Source of the DNA: Narcine bancroftii
Taxonomy: Eukaryota
Direction: 5' to 3'
DNA length: 64,000 nt
Assembly (NCBI RefSeq): GCF_036971445.1
Contig: NW_027211886.1
Location: forward strand, 5,704,001-5,768,000
Below are positions 24,501 through 36,981 of this stretch, in pieces. How positions within the stretch are numbered: position 1 is the first letter of the stretch; the number at the start of each line of letters is the position of its first letter. A program made the translations under genes and the position numbers. Under the pieces are notes generated by a model. It made no database searches. It was not told the DNA's origin and worked only from the letters and a program-made list of their open reading frames with translations.

Positions 24501-26834
24501 CGGATAATGTCTGTAAACTTATTAATCTAATTCATACAGTTCAAGGAAATAAGAAACCAACAGTAGCTGTTGCTTTTGATGCAGAAAAAGCCTTTGACAG
24601 AGTAGAGTGGAACTACTTATTTAAAGTATTACAAAAGTTAATTCTACCAGAAAATTATATAAATTGGATTAAAGCATTATGTAATGGACCGTTGGCAAAG
24701 ATAGCAGTAAATGGATATGTATTGAATCAATTTAAATTAAGTCGGTCAACTAGACAGGGATGTCCATTATCCCCCTCATTGTTCGCCTTGGCAATAGAAC
24801 CTTTGGCAGAACTGATAAGAATAAAAAATAAAATAAAATGGATAAAACTAAAGGAGAAGGAGTATAAAATCAGCTTATTTGCAGATGACATCATAGTATA
24901 CCTAATAGAACCAGAGATATCAATAAAAGAATTACATAAGAAATTGAAGGAGTATGGAGAAATATCGGGGTACAAGATCAACGCAAATAAAAGTGAAGTG
25001 ATGCCAATGAGTAACACGGATAATACAGAATTTTAAAAAGAATCACCATTTAAATGGTAAGCAGAAGCAATCCGATATCTAGGTATCAGGTTAGATAATA
25101 ACTTAAGCCACCTATACAAACTAAATTATCAGCCACTAATAAAGAAATTGCAGGAAGACTTAGAACATTGAAAAGAATTACCGCTAACGTTGATAGGGAT
25201 GGTAAACTGCATTAAAATGAAAGTGTTCCCAAGGATACAATACTTATTTCAAACGTACTAATTCCCTTAACAGAATTTTTTTTTAATGAACTAAAGAGAA
25301 TAATAAGGAAATTCTTGTGGAAAGGGAGGAAACCCAGGGTAGCGTAAGATAAATTAACAGAGAGGTATAACCAAGGTGGTTTGCAGTTACCAAATTGTAG
25401 AAATTATTATAGAGCCACACAATTAAGGTATTTATAAGATTTTTACCAGACTGGACTAAGATAGAACTAGATAAAATAGGTGAGAAGGTACCAGAACATA
25501 TATTTTATAAGTGGGATGAAAAGTTGGTGGAATATAAAAGCTCACCAGTATTGCATCATTTACTTCATACATGGAAGAAGATCCACTTAGAAAGGAAAAA
25601 AGCGAATTACCAAATACCAAAATTATTATTGACGTAAAATCCACTAATCCCTTTTAGAATAGCTAATCTTTCCTTTAGAGAATGGGAGAGAAAAGGAATC
25701 AAAAGAATGTAAAATTGTTTTTTGGGAAATAATTTATTAACATTTGAACAGTTGAAGTACAAATATGGAATAACTCATGGTACAATGTTTGCATATCACC
25801 AACTGAAAGCTTATTTAAAGGATAAATTGGGAAACAGACTGAGATTACCAGAAGGAAGCAGCTTTGAATATGTGATTACAGACACAATGATAATTAAAAG
25901 ATTTATAATGAACATGTACATTAAGCTGCAAGATAAGGAAAACGATGATATAAGCTATAAACCTAAACAAAAGTGGGAAAAGGATTTAAACATAAAGATA
26001 AAGAATGAAGTATGGGAAAAGTTATTTTCTGGAACTATGAAGAATACAATAAACACAAGGTTAATCATGATAGTGTTTAATTGGTTACACAGAGTATATA
26101 TCAATCCTCAAAAATTAAAAGAATGGGATTCAACTTTATCGAATAGATGTTTTCAATGTAAGAAGTAAATGGGAATGTACTAAAGTGTACTAAAGTGAAT
26201 ACGTTTTGGGAAAAACTAAATCAGATATTAAATAAAATTACAAAAAAATAACATACCAAAAAATCCAGAGATCTTTCTTTTAAGTAACATAAGAAGTAAA
26301 GAATTAGGCCTCAAATTGGATAAAGCGCAAAAAAAATTCATTATGATAGCCTTAGCAGTAGCAAAAAAATATATAATATCAATTTGAAAAATGGAAGAGA
26401 GCATGAGAATACAGCAATGGTACATGGAAATTAATAAATGTATTCCATTGGAAAAAATAACATTTAATTAAAAAAATAAAGTCACATTGTTTGAACAAAT
26501 TTGGGAACCGTACATGGAACATAACAGAGAGAGCTTGCCTCGGACCTCCACCCCCTAAAATGATAAGAAGACAAAACGACTTGATCCAGTGTGTAAAAGT
26601 AGATGAAGCATTTCTCTTGTTTATTTTCCTTTGTGTGAAGATATTGTTTTATGGTTTTACTGTGTTGTATATGTTGAATATTTATGGGTTTTGGAGGAGG
26701 GTGGGAAGAGGGGAGGAAGGGAAAGGGGGGAAAAAGGGAGAAAATGCCATTGTGTAAATTTAATGAGAAATGTTTGTACATATTTTGGTTAATATGGTTC
26801 ACAGTGTGAAAAATGAAAAATTATAATAAAAAAT
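21577..26834 (+). mobile_element. Near-full-length decayed L1-clade LINE (family A), 5.26 kb
   Basis: ORF1 remnant about 21719-22744 (MPPKK..., coiled coil, ENYSRLNNIKLVGL). ORF2 from 22792 with APE endonuclease (NING, QETH, GGDFN, SDH), RT (YRPISLLN, QGCPLSP, FADD) and Cys-rich end; many stops and frameshifts. Exact 15-bp TSD ggttgcatgtgatgt (21562-21576 / 26835-26849). Confidence 0.96.
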
Positions 26835-27009
26835 GGTTGCATGTGATGTCAGGTATGTACTCTGACAATAAATCTGAATCTCAATAATGCAAATTGGTTC
26901 TTGGGATTTCCTAACAGTAATGGCTCCAGTTCTAAAATTTGAATTGGCAAAGGGCCGAAGGAATTTTTTGAGGTGGTCAGAGCTGCCACCTTGGTGATAT
27001 TTATTTCAT

Positions 27010-27592
27010 CTTTGGCTTGGCTTCGCGGACGAAGATTTATGGAGGGGGTAAAAAAGTCCACGTCAGCTGCAGACTCGTTTGTGGCTGACAAGTCCGATGC
27101 GGGACAGGCAGACACGATTGCAGCGGTTGCAGGGGAAAATTGGTTGGTTGGGGATGGGTGTTGGGTTTTTCCTCCTTTGCCTTTTGTCAGTGAGGTAGGC
27201 TCTGCGGTCTTCTTCAAAGGAGGTTGCTGCCCGCCAAACTGTGAGGCGCCAAGATGCACGGTTTGAGGCGATATCAGCCCACTGGCGGTGGTCAATGTGG
27301 CAGGCACCAAGACATTTCTTTAGGCAGTCCTTGTACCTTTTCTTTGGTGCACCTCTGTCACGGTGGCCAGTGGAGAGCTCGCCATATAACACGATCTTGG
27401 GAAGGCGATGGTCCTCCATTCTGGAGACGTGACCCATCCAGCGCAGCTGGATCTTCAGCAGCGTGGACTCGATGCTGTCGACCTCTGCCATCTCGAGTAC
27501 TTCGACGTTAGGGATGTAAGCGCTCCAATGGATGTTGAGGATGGAGCGGAGACAACGCTGGTGGAAGCGTTCTAGGAGCCGTAGGTGGTGCC
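27010..27592 (-). mobile_element. Young 5'-truncated RTE-clade LINE (AviRTE-like)
   Basis: Intact ORF end LERFHQRCLRSIL...LRWMGHVSRMEDHRLPK...CNRCNRVCLSRIGLVSH; 3' end cgcgaagccaagccaaaga; probable TSD tttatttcat/tttttttcat. Confidence 0.93.
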
Positions 27593-27911
27593 TTTTTTTC
27601 ATACTCATACTGCAAACTTAAATCAGTGCGAACTGAAGGAGGAAATAATTAACTTGTATTTATGAAGAATAGCTTTCTCAAAGTCATGAGGCCTGAAGCA
27701 TTTGGCATCCAACTTGGTGCTTTGTGGCAGTGTTGCTAGTGTGTAACATTTCTAGCAGTTATTGGCTGCCAGCCAGTCCCCATAATGATATGAATTGAGA
27801 AGATAGATATGTTTTATTAGTGACATTTAACCCTAATCAATGTTCTTATTTAAGAACCAGATCACAGGGGAGAAAGCATCTTCTTTTCCAATCTTAGAGA
27901 GAGATCTCCAG

Positions 27912-28345
27912 AATTCAGATTCAGATTTAGATTTAATGCCAGAGTACATACAACCCTGAGATTCTTTTTCCTGTGGGCGAGGCAGAAACTCCATTTATTG
28001 GTAGTGCAAATAAAATTGTAGACAGCATACACATGTAAACAAATAAAGAACTGTAAACCAGGGCCGGCGCCAAGTGGGGGCATCCACAGGCATTGCTTTG
28101 CCCCCAAACGAGGTGCTGTGCCTGCTGGGTGATGTGGATCCTTGATGATTGCTACTGCTCTCCAATGGCAGCATTCCCTGTAGATATTCTTGATAGTGGG
28201 GAGAGTTTTGCCTTTTGGCCTGTAACGTCCTGAGCTGTGTCCACTACTTTTTGGAGGGGTATTTGAGTCCTCGTACCAGACTGTGATGCAGCCAGTCAGC
28301 ACATTTTCCACTATGCATAAGTAGAAATTTGCCAGAGTTGCTGGT
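27912..28345 (-). mobile_element. Rex/Babar-like LINE 3' fragment with internal deletion and a short hAT-like insert starting cagggccggc at 28059
   Basis: ORF 27862..28311 ENVLTGCITVWY...IIKDPHHP. Confidence 0.75.
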
Positions 28346-31300
28346 GAGCAACCTGTTCACTTTCACCCCTTGCTTTAATTTCCTAGAGATGAATGGAGGG
28401 AAGATGTGGGAGAATAAAGAATGGGATTAGTGTGAAGGGTGTTTTATGGACAGCATGGACAAGAGGGGCCAAAGGGCCGTGTCTGAGCTGTATGACTCTA
28501 TTTAACTGACCATTCACTCCAGTCATCTCATTTCTTCTTTACCAATAACCCCAGGAAAACTTTAAGGAACAGAGGTGTGATCAGAGATGTTATACCTCAG
28601 ATAAACATCCGTCATCCATGCTTAGCAGTGAGAAATGACCCAAGCCTATAATTTGGACATCCAAGCACCAATGGACATTTGCTCAGCATTCAAGAATCAG
28701 TTGATTACAATAGGGGTAGGAAGCCTTTCCCAATCTCGAACACTAGTATCAATGCTCAGGGCAATAGAAAATCAACAGGAGTTTGGCATCATAACGAAGG
28801 ATGAATATGGTGGGTCAGATTCCAGAACCATACTTCCATCTCCAACCCTTCAAACTTATGCTTCTAACACCCCCACAACAAAAGGATCACTCTGTGTCAG
28901 AGGGTTGTGAACAAGATCACTGCTTTCCCTCACGGATGAGTACCGTTGGCATCTTTCTTTAAAAGTGAACCAACAGAAAGGAGATTCATGTGGTAGAATT
29001 CCAGTTTTGACAAGGAGGACATTTTTTTTAAATCTACAGAATAAAAGTATGTTTTTCCCACATTATTAAAGGTCAACAGTGAAATTTCACCCCCATTTAT
29101 AAGGTGGCCCAGTTGTCAAACACATTGTTTTTGGAGACGGTCTGTAGGATTTGTGTCACATTCGGGTTGTGGTGTTTTGTTCAGTCTTGATTTGAGTGCT
29201 TGCATTTGCAAGGCATGCAGCTCTCTATTCCACTCTCCAGTATTCCCTTTGTCCAGTTACTTGGGCATCCAGAGTGCCTTCCTCTATTGGCAGTGGAGCA
29301 CTCTGACCAGAGATGTCCATGTCCCAGATGCTGAGAAGGTCCTGCTTAAAGACAGGCAACTCCCACTTGCCATTGCAAGGTGTGAACTCATCTTGAATGT
29401 GGTGCAAAAACACCTGCCATCTGAGACGATCCAAAATGGAATGGATCTCTGGATGATGTGCAGACAGCGAGTTGCCATTCCAGTAAAAATACACACCAGT
29501 AAATGACTGCCCTCCTTGATCATGACTCTCAGAACTGTAGCAGAGTCCCTATGATTCTCTCATCCCAGAAGATATCCTTCTGTTTCTTCTGGATCTTGTA
29601 AGGGGCAAAGTGAGCAGCATGGAGGTCACGAGTTGGTTTGTGACCACCACTGAAAGTGCCCAGAGCTGCTCTTGATCCTTACTCGGGTGCTGACTTTCAT
29701 CTTCAATTCCTACCAGTTCGTCAGATATCAACGTGGCTTGGGTAGACTGCCGGGCAGAGGAGGTGAGCATGCTCCATGAAAACAGTGTTGTCTCTGGGCA
29801 GAAGGTGGCAGAAGTCTGTGCCTGCATGAAGCTGAGCTTGGACATGTACGCTACAGCTCATCACACTGACCCTGGAAGAAGGGAATCCCTACACAGGTTG
29901 TGGGACCCACCCTAAGAATTGGGACCTCTGCCCTGAACAAACCAATGCCTTGTGTGACACATACTCATACCCCTCATCCCCTTCTTTTAAGCAAATTGTT
30001 ACAATACAAAAATACCAGCCAAGGTCAGAGTGGTTAACCTAGCTGCTCATCTACTGTTGATTCTTGGTCCCTGAGGGTAAATAATACCCCCTTCCAGGCT
30101 GTGGTATTGAGTTCCCAAACTGACAGACAGGAGCCAGTTTGGGTAAGAAGAGTATGCACTTACCTTTTTTCTAATAAACAGATGGCAGTGAAGGGCATAA
30201 AGTTACAATATAATGGCAGACAGGAACATTTCTTAAGGCATAATTGCTTTAATTATACCTATATGAGATTTCTCAATGCAATGCAGAGTGATTCTGCTGT
30301 AAAGTATCCCATTATTGTGAAAAGAATGTGGTGCCTCGCCCCTCCATCACCACCCTACCCCAGTGCATGGCGCAGGTGTGTTTATGGTCATGGTCCCTTG
30401 ATCAGAAGGTGGGACGGGAAGGGGAAAGACTCCCACGAGAGCCTGGGCTTTTGCTTGCCGCTGTGCTCTGCAGAAAAGGAGGCAATGTTGGAGGAGCAAC
30501 AGGCTGAGGGGTGGGGGGGGGGTGGGTGGGGGCTGGGCTGGAACAAGGAGGGAGAGGCCATTCTGCAGCATGCTACTTTGAGCTCTAGCCAAGGAAACCT
30601 GGAAGTTCAGGCCCTGCTCCTGCTAAACCACAGAACTGGAGTCGGCCTAAAAGTGGACTTGGGATCTTATTTCCTTTGGACAATGTTCAACCCCAGAGAA
30701 AGACTAAACCCAGAGTGAGAGAGTTATGCTGGGGAAGGAATGCACCACCTTACAAATGATCCTCTCTGTCATCTCCTGCCCCAAATGTGGAAGAGTCTCC
30801 AGTTCTTAAATTGGACTCATCAGCCACCTCAGGGCCCACACTAGGTGTTAGTCCCACTCAAGCACAAGGGAACTGTTTAAGTAGAAAAGGGTGAGGCAAG
30901 AGTGTGGGAAAGTGTGCGCTGTTGCCGCTACATTTAGTCTGTTAGACCTTTGATTCAATTCTTATTGGCAATGAACTGAGTATTTATTCAGATCTTATAG
31001 AATCTCTGGAACAAACGTGGCTTGAGAGCATGTTCTTTGAACAACTGTTCCATTCTTCCAATCTCTCTGCCTATGATTAAAGAAAACACAGTTCCAATAT
31101 TAAACAGAGATGCCAATGTTATTCCACAAGAATTACAAACCGAAGGCAATGGATAAGCCCTGGTCTTGATAATTGTCAATCACTCCTCAAGATTTCTCTG
31201 CACTAATGATGTTCTTACACTTTGAACATTGCATCATTGGAAGTTGTTTGTTTACTAAGCCCCACTGAAGGGAATTCAGAGACAAGAGATGGCACGTCTG

Positions 31301-31419
31301 AGCTGGGAGGAAGCATATAAAGTTCAGATCCACCACTGAACAACAGGCTTGCAGCTGCAGAGATTATAGGAACACTGGAGGAGGCAGTGTAATCCACAGC
31401 CACTTGATATTTCTCTCTT

Positions 31420-31696
31420 GATAAGCTGTGGCGGGTGGTTAGAGGCGGGCTGATGACGTCGCAGCGACATCGTCAGCCTGAGGTGCAGTAGCGGGGCATT
31501 AATGGCCTGACTGAGGGTGCGCTGGATCTCAGTCTGGATACCAAGACCGACTAAAAACATCACAACCATCTGTCTTGCCTGTTCCAGGGCCGCCATGATC
31601 CACCATAGGGCTCTTTCCGCGTCGGCGCATATGAATGACGTCAACTCGGTGGGCATCGCCAAGGCACCAGTTGCCCCATCTGGCATGAAAGGGCCT
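31420..31696. repeat. GC/CpG-rich segment, probably a non-autonomous DNA transposon fragment
   Basis: Internal palindrome ggctgatgacgtcgc-a-gcgacatcgtcagcc; shares cgggctgatgacRtcgc with about 4700. Confidence 0.4.
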
Positions 31697-32189
31697 ACTG
31701 ACTTACTTTGGTATTGGCTAACCCTTAGGACCCCTTATCCACAGCCATACCCAAATTATCTGGCCCTCTCAAATCTATGCTCTTTCTGGGTTTCAAAGCA
31801 GCATGTTTTCTGATGGGCTTGATCCCCAATTGCTAAATCCTGTGATATTGCCAGCCTTTGTGGGGGTGGGGGGGGGTCATCATTGGGTTGATATTCCAGT
31901 TGCTATTACCGTGCGTTGATGTAAATTGAGAACAACAGTGAGCAATGTGTAAAACTGGCATTACGCACATTCCCATTAGCTTCCTTCCTCCCAAAAACTC
32001 CAGTGATTAACTTTCTTTCTGTTCCACTTTTCTTGATGTTACCTGATCTGAAATTTGTCTTTTAGTCATTGGAAGTGGGAGACAGTAAAAAATAAAACAC
32101 TTTATTTCCTGTTGAAGAATACAGAATACGTCAAAATGACTTCCCTTTCTCCAGAGGCCGGCTTGACTGTGTTCTTCCCACATTTCCAT

Positions 32190-32450
32190 TAAAGTTCAAA
32201 GTAAGAGCACCTACATGACACCACATACAACCCTGAGATTCCTTTTCCTGCGGGGTCAGGCAGAATTTCTACTTATCGGTGACTGTACACTGTACTCAAG
32301 AAAATATATGCTAACAAAAAAGACAAATGTTAAAAAAGAACAAAATATACAGTACAGAAATAAATATTCAGTAATAAATAACGTGCAAAGTAAGAGCCCT
32401 TAAATGAGTCTCTGATTGAGTCTGTTGTTTAGGAGCTGATGGTGGAGAGT
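32190..32450 (-). mobile_element. Rex/Babar-like LINE 3' UTR
   Basis: catacaaccctgagattc... tail family. Confidence 0.7.
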
Positions 32451-33697
32451 TAATGTTTCCTATTCCTGCTTCTGCAGTTTTACTTGTTCTCTGCCATATA
32501 ATATCAGCATTGATCAATATTTAATAAGACAATTCAATTTTAGTGGTTATAAAGTTTCAGGTACAATTTACCTGAGCATTGTATTTTCAATTTATTAATC
32601 CTTTTCTTTTGATGGTGCAGCAAATAATGATTTGTCATTGCTCTGTTCAGTAAATTAGTTATAATTGTTGAAGGATTAATAAGTGCAAGTGTCCTTGTTT
32701 GGATCGCATCCCCCCATCCCCAAACCAGGCTGCTGTGGAGGCTCAGAGAAAGGACAGTAGCCAGGAAGCCCAATCTTCCAGCTCCTCCCCACTTCAAGAT
32801 CATGTTCAAGTTTACTATCATCTGTCTGCACGTATACAGTGTTTCTCCCGACCACGGGGCACACACATACACAATGCACAGCCCCTAATAATTACAAAGA
32901 AACAGAAAGATATAATTTAAAAGAAATATATTTAAATATTTTGTTATGATTTTCCCAGCCTAACAGTCCTGATTTTGATATCTCTGTGCCTCATTCTTGA
33001 TGGTAGTAGGTCAAAGATATTGAATGGAAAGGGTCCTCAACAATTCTTTGAGTCTTATCAAAGCAATGCTCCCAGCAAACTTTGTCAGCAGAGGACAGGG
33101 AGACCCCAGTAATTTTCACAGTGATGATCCTCTGTGTTGACTTCTGGTCCGATGCTTTGCAGCTACCCTCCCACACAATCGTGCAGTCACACAGGGCACT
33201 AAGCAAACTGGTGGCTGCCTGGCTCTTCCCTCCCTTCTTCTTCCAATCTCCAGTACCTCAGCACTGTCACGTTTCAGCAAGCATTGCTCCCAGGCCCAGC
33301 TCACTGCATAAACAGTTTCTGTTGGCTCCCTTTCATCTCAGGCATGGCAGGAGATGCCCTGAAGTGTTTCTTGGAGCAGTCCTTTGAAGTACTGTCTCGA
33401 CTCTCTGCTACATAGAGAAGGGAGGGAGGGATACACACACTCGCACACAAAAAGTTTCTGTCACCACGATGAATCACAGGGAGACAAGGAAGAAAACATT
33501 TGTGTCTCATTGTTTCCACTTTCTCTCATAATTCAACTCTGAAAGAAGTTGATTTTATCCCTCTAGAATGCAAAGCTGGCAATATCACATGATTTAGCAA
33601 GTGGACTTTGAAATCAAAACCAGGAAAAAAATAGCTTTCTGTAAAGAAAAGCAATCTTGACCGCTTTGTTGATGAAATAAACAGATCCTGGGGTCTA

Positions 33698-33840
33698 GTG
33701 CAGTACAGAAACGAGCTGGAGGAACTCAGCAGGTCATGGATATTCCTAACGAAAGGCTCAGGCCCAAAACATTGACTGCCCTTTACTTCCCATGAATGCT
33801 GCCTGACCTGCTGAGTTTCTCCAGCACCTTTGTGTACTGC
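33698..33840. mobile_element. Penelope-derived palindromic element
   Basis: gcagtaca...gctggaggaactcagcaggtca ... tgacctgctgagtttctccagc...tgtactgc; centre ctaacgaaaggctcaggcccaaaac. Confidence 0.7.
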
Positions 33841-33899
33841 TTTGTTTATGATTTTCATTTGCTTTTGGTTCTCCTTGTTTATGGGCACCAAGCCACCAT

Positions 33900-34095
33900 A
33901 AATTTTAAATTTAGACATACAGCACCAAACAGGCCATTTTGGCCCACGCGTCCCTGCCACCCAATTTACGCCCAGTTACCCTACACCCCCCGGTACGTTT
34001 TGAATGGTCGGAGTAAACCGAAGTCCCAGGGGACAACCCACACAGACACAGGGAGAACATACAAACTCCTCATAGATAGTGTGGGATTGCATCCC
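33900..34095 (-). mobile_element. HE1/V-type SINE
   Basis: Homologous to the 18030 copy. Confidence 0.8.
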
Positions 34096-34849
34096 CATTG
34101 GAGATTTGTCACTTGGAAAATTGTTCCGAGAAATACAGGAATGCAAATTAAATCTAGCTTTCCATAGCTGACAGTAACATCACCCATTTTTCATACCTAC
34201 TTCAAACAATGACTTTTTAAATTATGTAGACTGTGCACAAAGGTGTAATGCTAAAATGACTGCATAATTGTAGAGTTGTCACGTCTTATTCCCATGGAAT
34301 AAAACATTCTGCATTAATCTTTTTTTAACATCAGTGACCTGTTTGTACAAGTCTGATCCTTTCAGTAATAAACCCTACTTGATAGCTTGTGAATCTGGTT
34401 CCCAATGTCTACTTCTGAAAGCACATTACTGACAAGGAGGATACAGGGGTTCTGTGCTAACACTTACTTTAAAAAGAACAGACAAGAGGTAAGCTGATGC
34501 AATCAATTCCAAGTAACGTTAATGTCTGTGTGCAAGGAGTCAGAGAGGGAGGAAGGATCTGTGAGGAGTAGGGGAATGCCTGGTTGATCCACAGTCACAG
34601 TGGAATCCTGACCCAAGATCATAATAAGATGTGTGGATCTGGCATTTGGCAAGCACTTTAGTTAGAAATGTTCATGTCAATTTGGCAGAAATTAATAATG
34701 TAAGTTGACAAATCCTTTGCTTTTCCTGGAACTCCTGTGAATTTCTTTCCCCCTCTGTGTCTCCATGGTCGAGATTTGAATTCAGCTGCAAAAACTGGGC
34801 GATGGCTGATGCAATCCCAGTCAAAGGCCACTTTATTAACATTAGAAAG

Positions 34850-35080
34850 GACTCAAATCCTGGGTCAGGAGTAAGTCTTGCATCTCTTCGTGGTTGTTGA
34901 AGCGCCCTCCCCCTCATCCCCTTCACTTCATGGCGAGTCAGTCGATCGCTTGGAATTGAGGAGCACCACATGCCACACACAATTCGGCAGATGGAGTTTA
35001 ATCTGGATGAGGATGAGGTGATGCATTTATGGTACAGTAGGTTGAAACAGCACCAATGCATTTTATCCAACCTTCCTTCT
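34850..35080 (-). mobile_element. Possible internally deleted PIF/Harbinger transposase remnant
   Basis: Minus-strand pieces GWIKCIGAV..CT, CRIV/VACG and RDAR resemble GFPxCIGAIDCTH, xxIVxACCxLHN and the C-terminal helix; AATAAA follows. Confidence 0.3.
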
Positions 35081-36749
35081 TTTTCTGCGCCTCTCCAGTA
35101 TATCTGACTGGCGGCAAGAGGGATGCAGGTGGTTACAATTTATACTGCCCTGTAAAAATACAGACTTGCACTGTAATTGACTTCTAATATAATGCCACAG
35201 TTGAATTGTTTGTAGTTCTGCAAATTATGAATCTAGAGGAAGAAACAGAAGTAATGGAGGAAATGAGAAACCACCTCTTGCTCAGGTTTTTGTTCCAATG
35301 CCCTGGCTTTTTAACTCTCAGGCCGCTTGGATGTTGATCATTTTAAAATGGCCAGCTCTAGGGGAAAAAAAAGCCTTTAGTCAACTGTTTGATCATGGAG
35401 CTAAGGATTCAGGGCATTGAAATTCAAATACACAACACAATGTTCTTAATATGTGACACAAATAGATTATATCAAAAGTCAAACTGCTGAAACAGGTGCA
35501 GGTCTGCTATGAAATAAGGAAGAACATGGTAGCCATGCCCTGTCATCTTCACACATCAAGGCACACTTTAAACACTGGCCTGCTTCGGCAGTTATTAAAG
35601 AAGGTCCAACCCTGTCTTACCTGTGGCGATGGATTGTGAACTTTTATTAATTTTAAGCAGTTTTCCTAATATAAAATACAGCATCGTAACCATTCCATCC
35701 CCGCTCCCCATTCCACATGTTATTGATGTCCTCAATCCCAGATCATTGCTCAGACCAACCCCCTTTGACTCTCCAACTAGCCTCCTTTTCTCCTCCATCT
35801 CCCAGCATCTCATACTTATTTTTTGTTCTCACCCCTAGACTCCTCCAACCCCTGTTCAGTCCTCCATCTACCTGCTCCACATTCCTCTCAAAGTCCCTGC
35901 CCTCCAATTTATCCCCTTGATCAGATACTGTGACATTCTCCATTTGTTCGAATGTGGTGGAGCAAACAAATGAAAGGCCTCTGTGCACATCCAGTACACA
36001 AGACCTCATGTGGTTGAATTTTACTGTTAGGGTGAAAGGCCTTGCATCAATCTGGGACTCACTTGCATCAAACTGGTAGTGCTGCTCCTGCTGCGGACCC
36101 AGGAAAGCAGAGAGTGGAGACACAATGCTGCTCCACAGGGTTCTACTGCCAGGCCCTGAAGCAGATGATTGGTACAGGTTTTAAACAACCTATTAAAGGA
36201 GCCAACAGTGTTCTTCTTAAAATCTTGCATCTGTGCCCCAGATGGCAGCACCTGTGCTGGGCAGTGGACCACTAGAGGTTGCAGACTTTAGAGGTGCAGC
36301 AGACTGGGGGAGGGCACCAGAACTGGGAAGAACACCACCCCCCTCCCCCTCCCCATTGAGAAGGAGATGCATGGGACAAAAACCTACAGCAAAGGCTGCA
36401 GGCAGTTGGCAGTTTGTGATCGAAGGACTCATCTAGTCTGTGGGCTGCTGGTGACTGGCTCAAGGGAATGAATTATTGCAAACAGGATTTGAGAGGGTGC
36501 TGAAGGCAAGAAGGGATCCCCAAGGGCTTTGGGTGCTGAAGGCTTCCTGATTGTATTGGGGATTTGGACCTGGAGTTCGGGTTGCCAGTGGATTGAACAG
36601 GACTCTGCAGGCTACAGGAGCTGAGAGAGCATTGGTGGCAAATCCATGGACGAGAAGGGACTCTCTTTTGCTTCTTTTTCTCTTATTGTCAGGCCTGTGG
36701 CGATTCTTTGTTTGCCTTAAGGCAGACAAAAGTTGAAGTATATCATGTT

Positions 36750-36964
36750 CAGTAAAATCCTTGTTATGTGGAGTTCAAGCAAATGGCAGACTCAAGCGAC
36801 CAACAACAAAAAAGCAGAAAATAAATAGGTAAAAAATACAAAAGTTGATCATTGGTGCCCCCCAGCAGTCAGTTCACGCACCATGCAATCTCAAGCAACC
36901 AGCAAATTCACTTATCCGGCATCTACCAATCCCCATAGATGCTGGATACCAGAGGTTTTAACTA
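36750..36964. mobile_element. Tc1/mariner (Tigger/pogo-like) MITE
   Basis: Ends cagtaaaatccttgttat / ggataccagaggttttaact; same family as 48777, opposite orientation. Confidence 0.65.
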
Positions 36965-36981
36965 TATTAAATTATTATTAT

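Noticed and set aside
26849-27511. Overlapping ORFs repeated at 37010-37503 and 56758-57305 that look like a gene family
   Set aside because: Off-frame and antisense readings of the RTE copies.
29153-29915. Cluster of 60-117 aa ORFs on both strands
   Set aside because: No recognisable domain or splice structure; possibly old TE, but I cannot support a call.
30101-30718. 205-aa ORF
   Set aside because: GTG start, runs through a poly-G tract, no recognisable homology; likely a chance frame.
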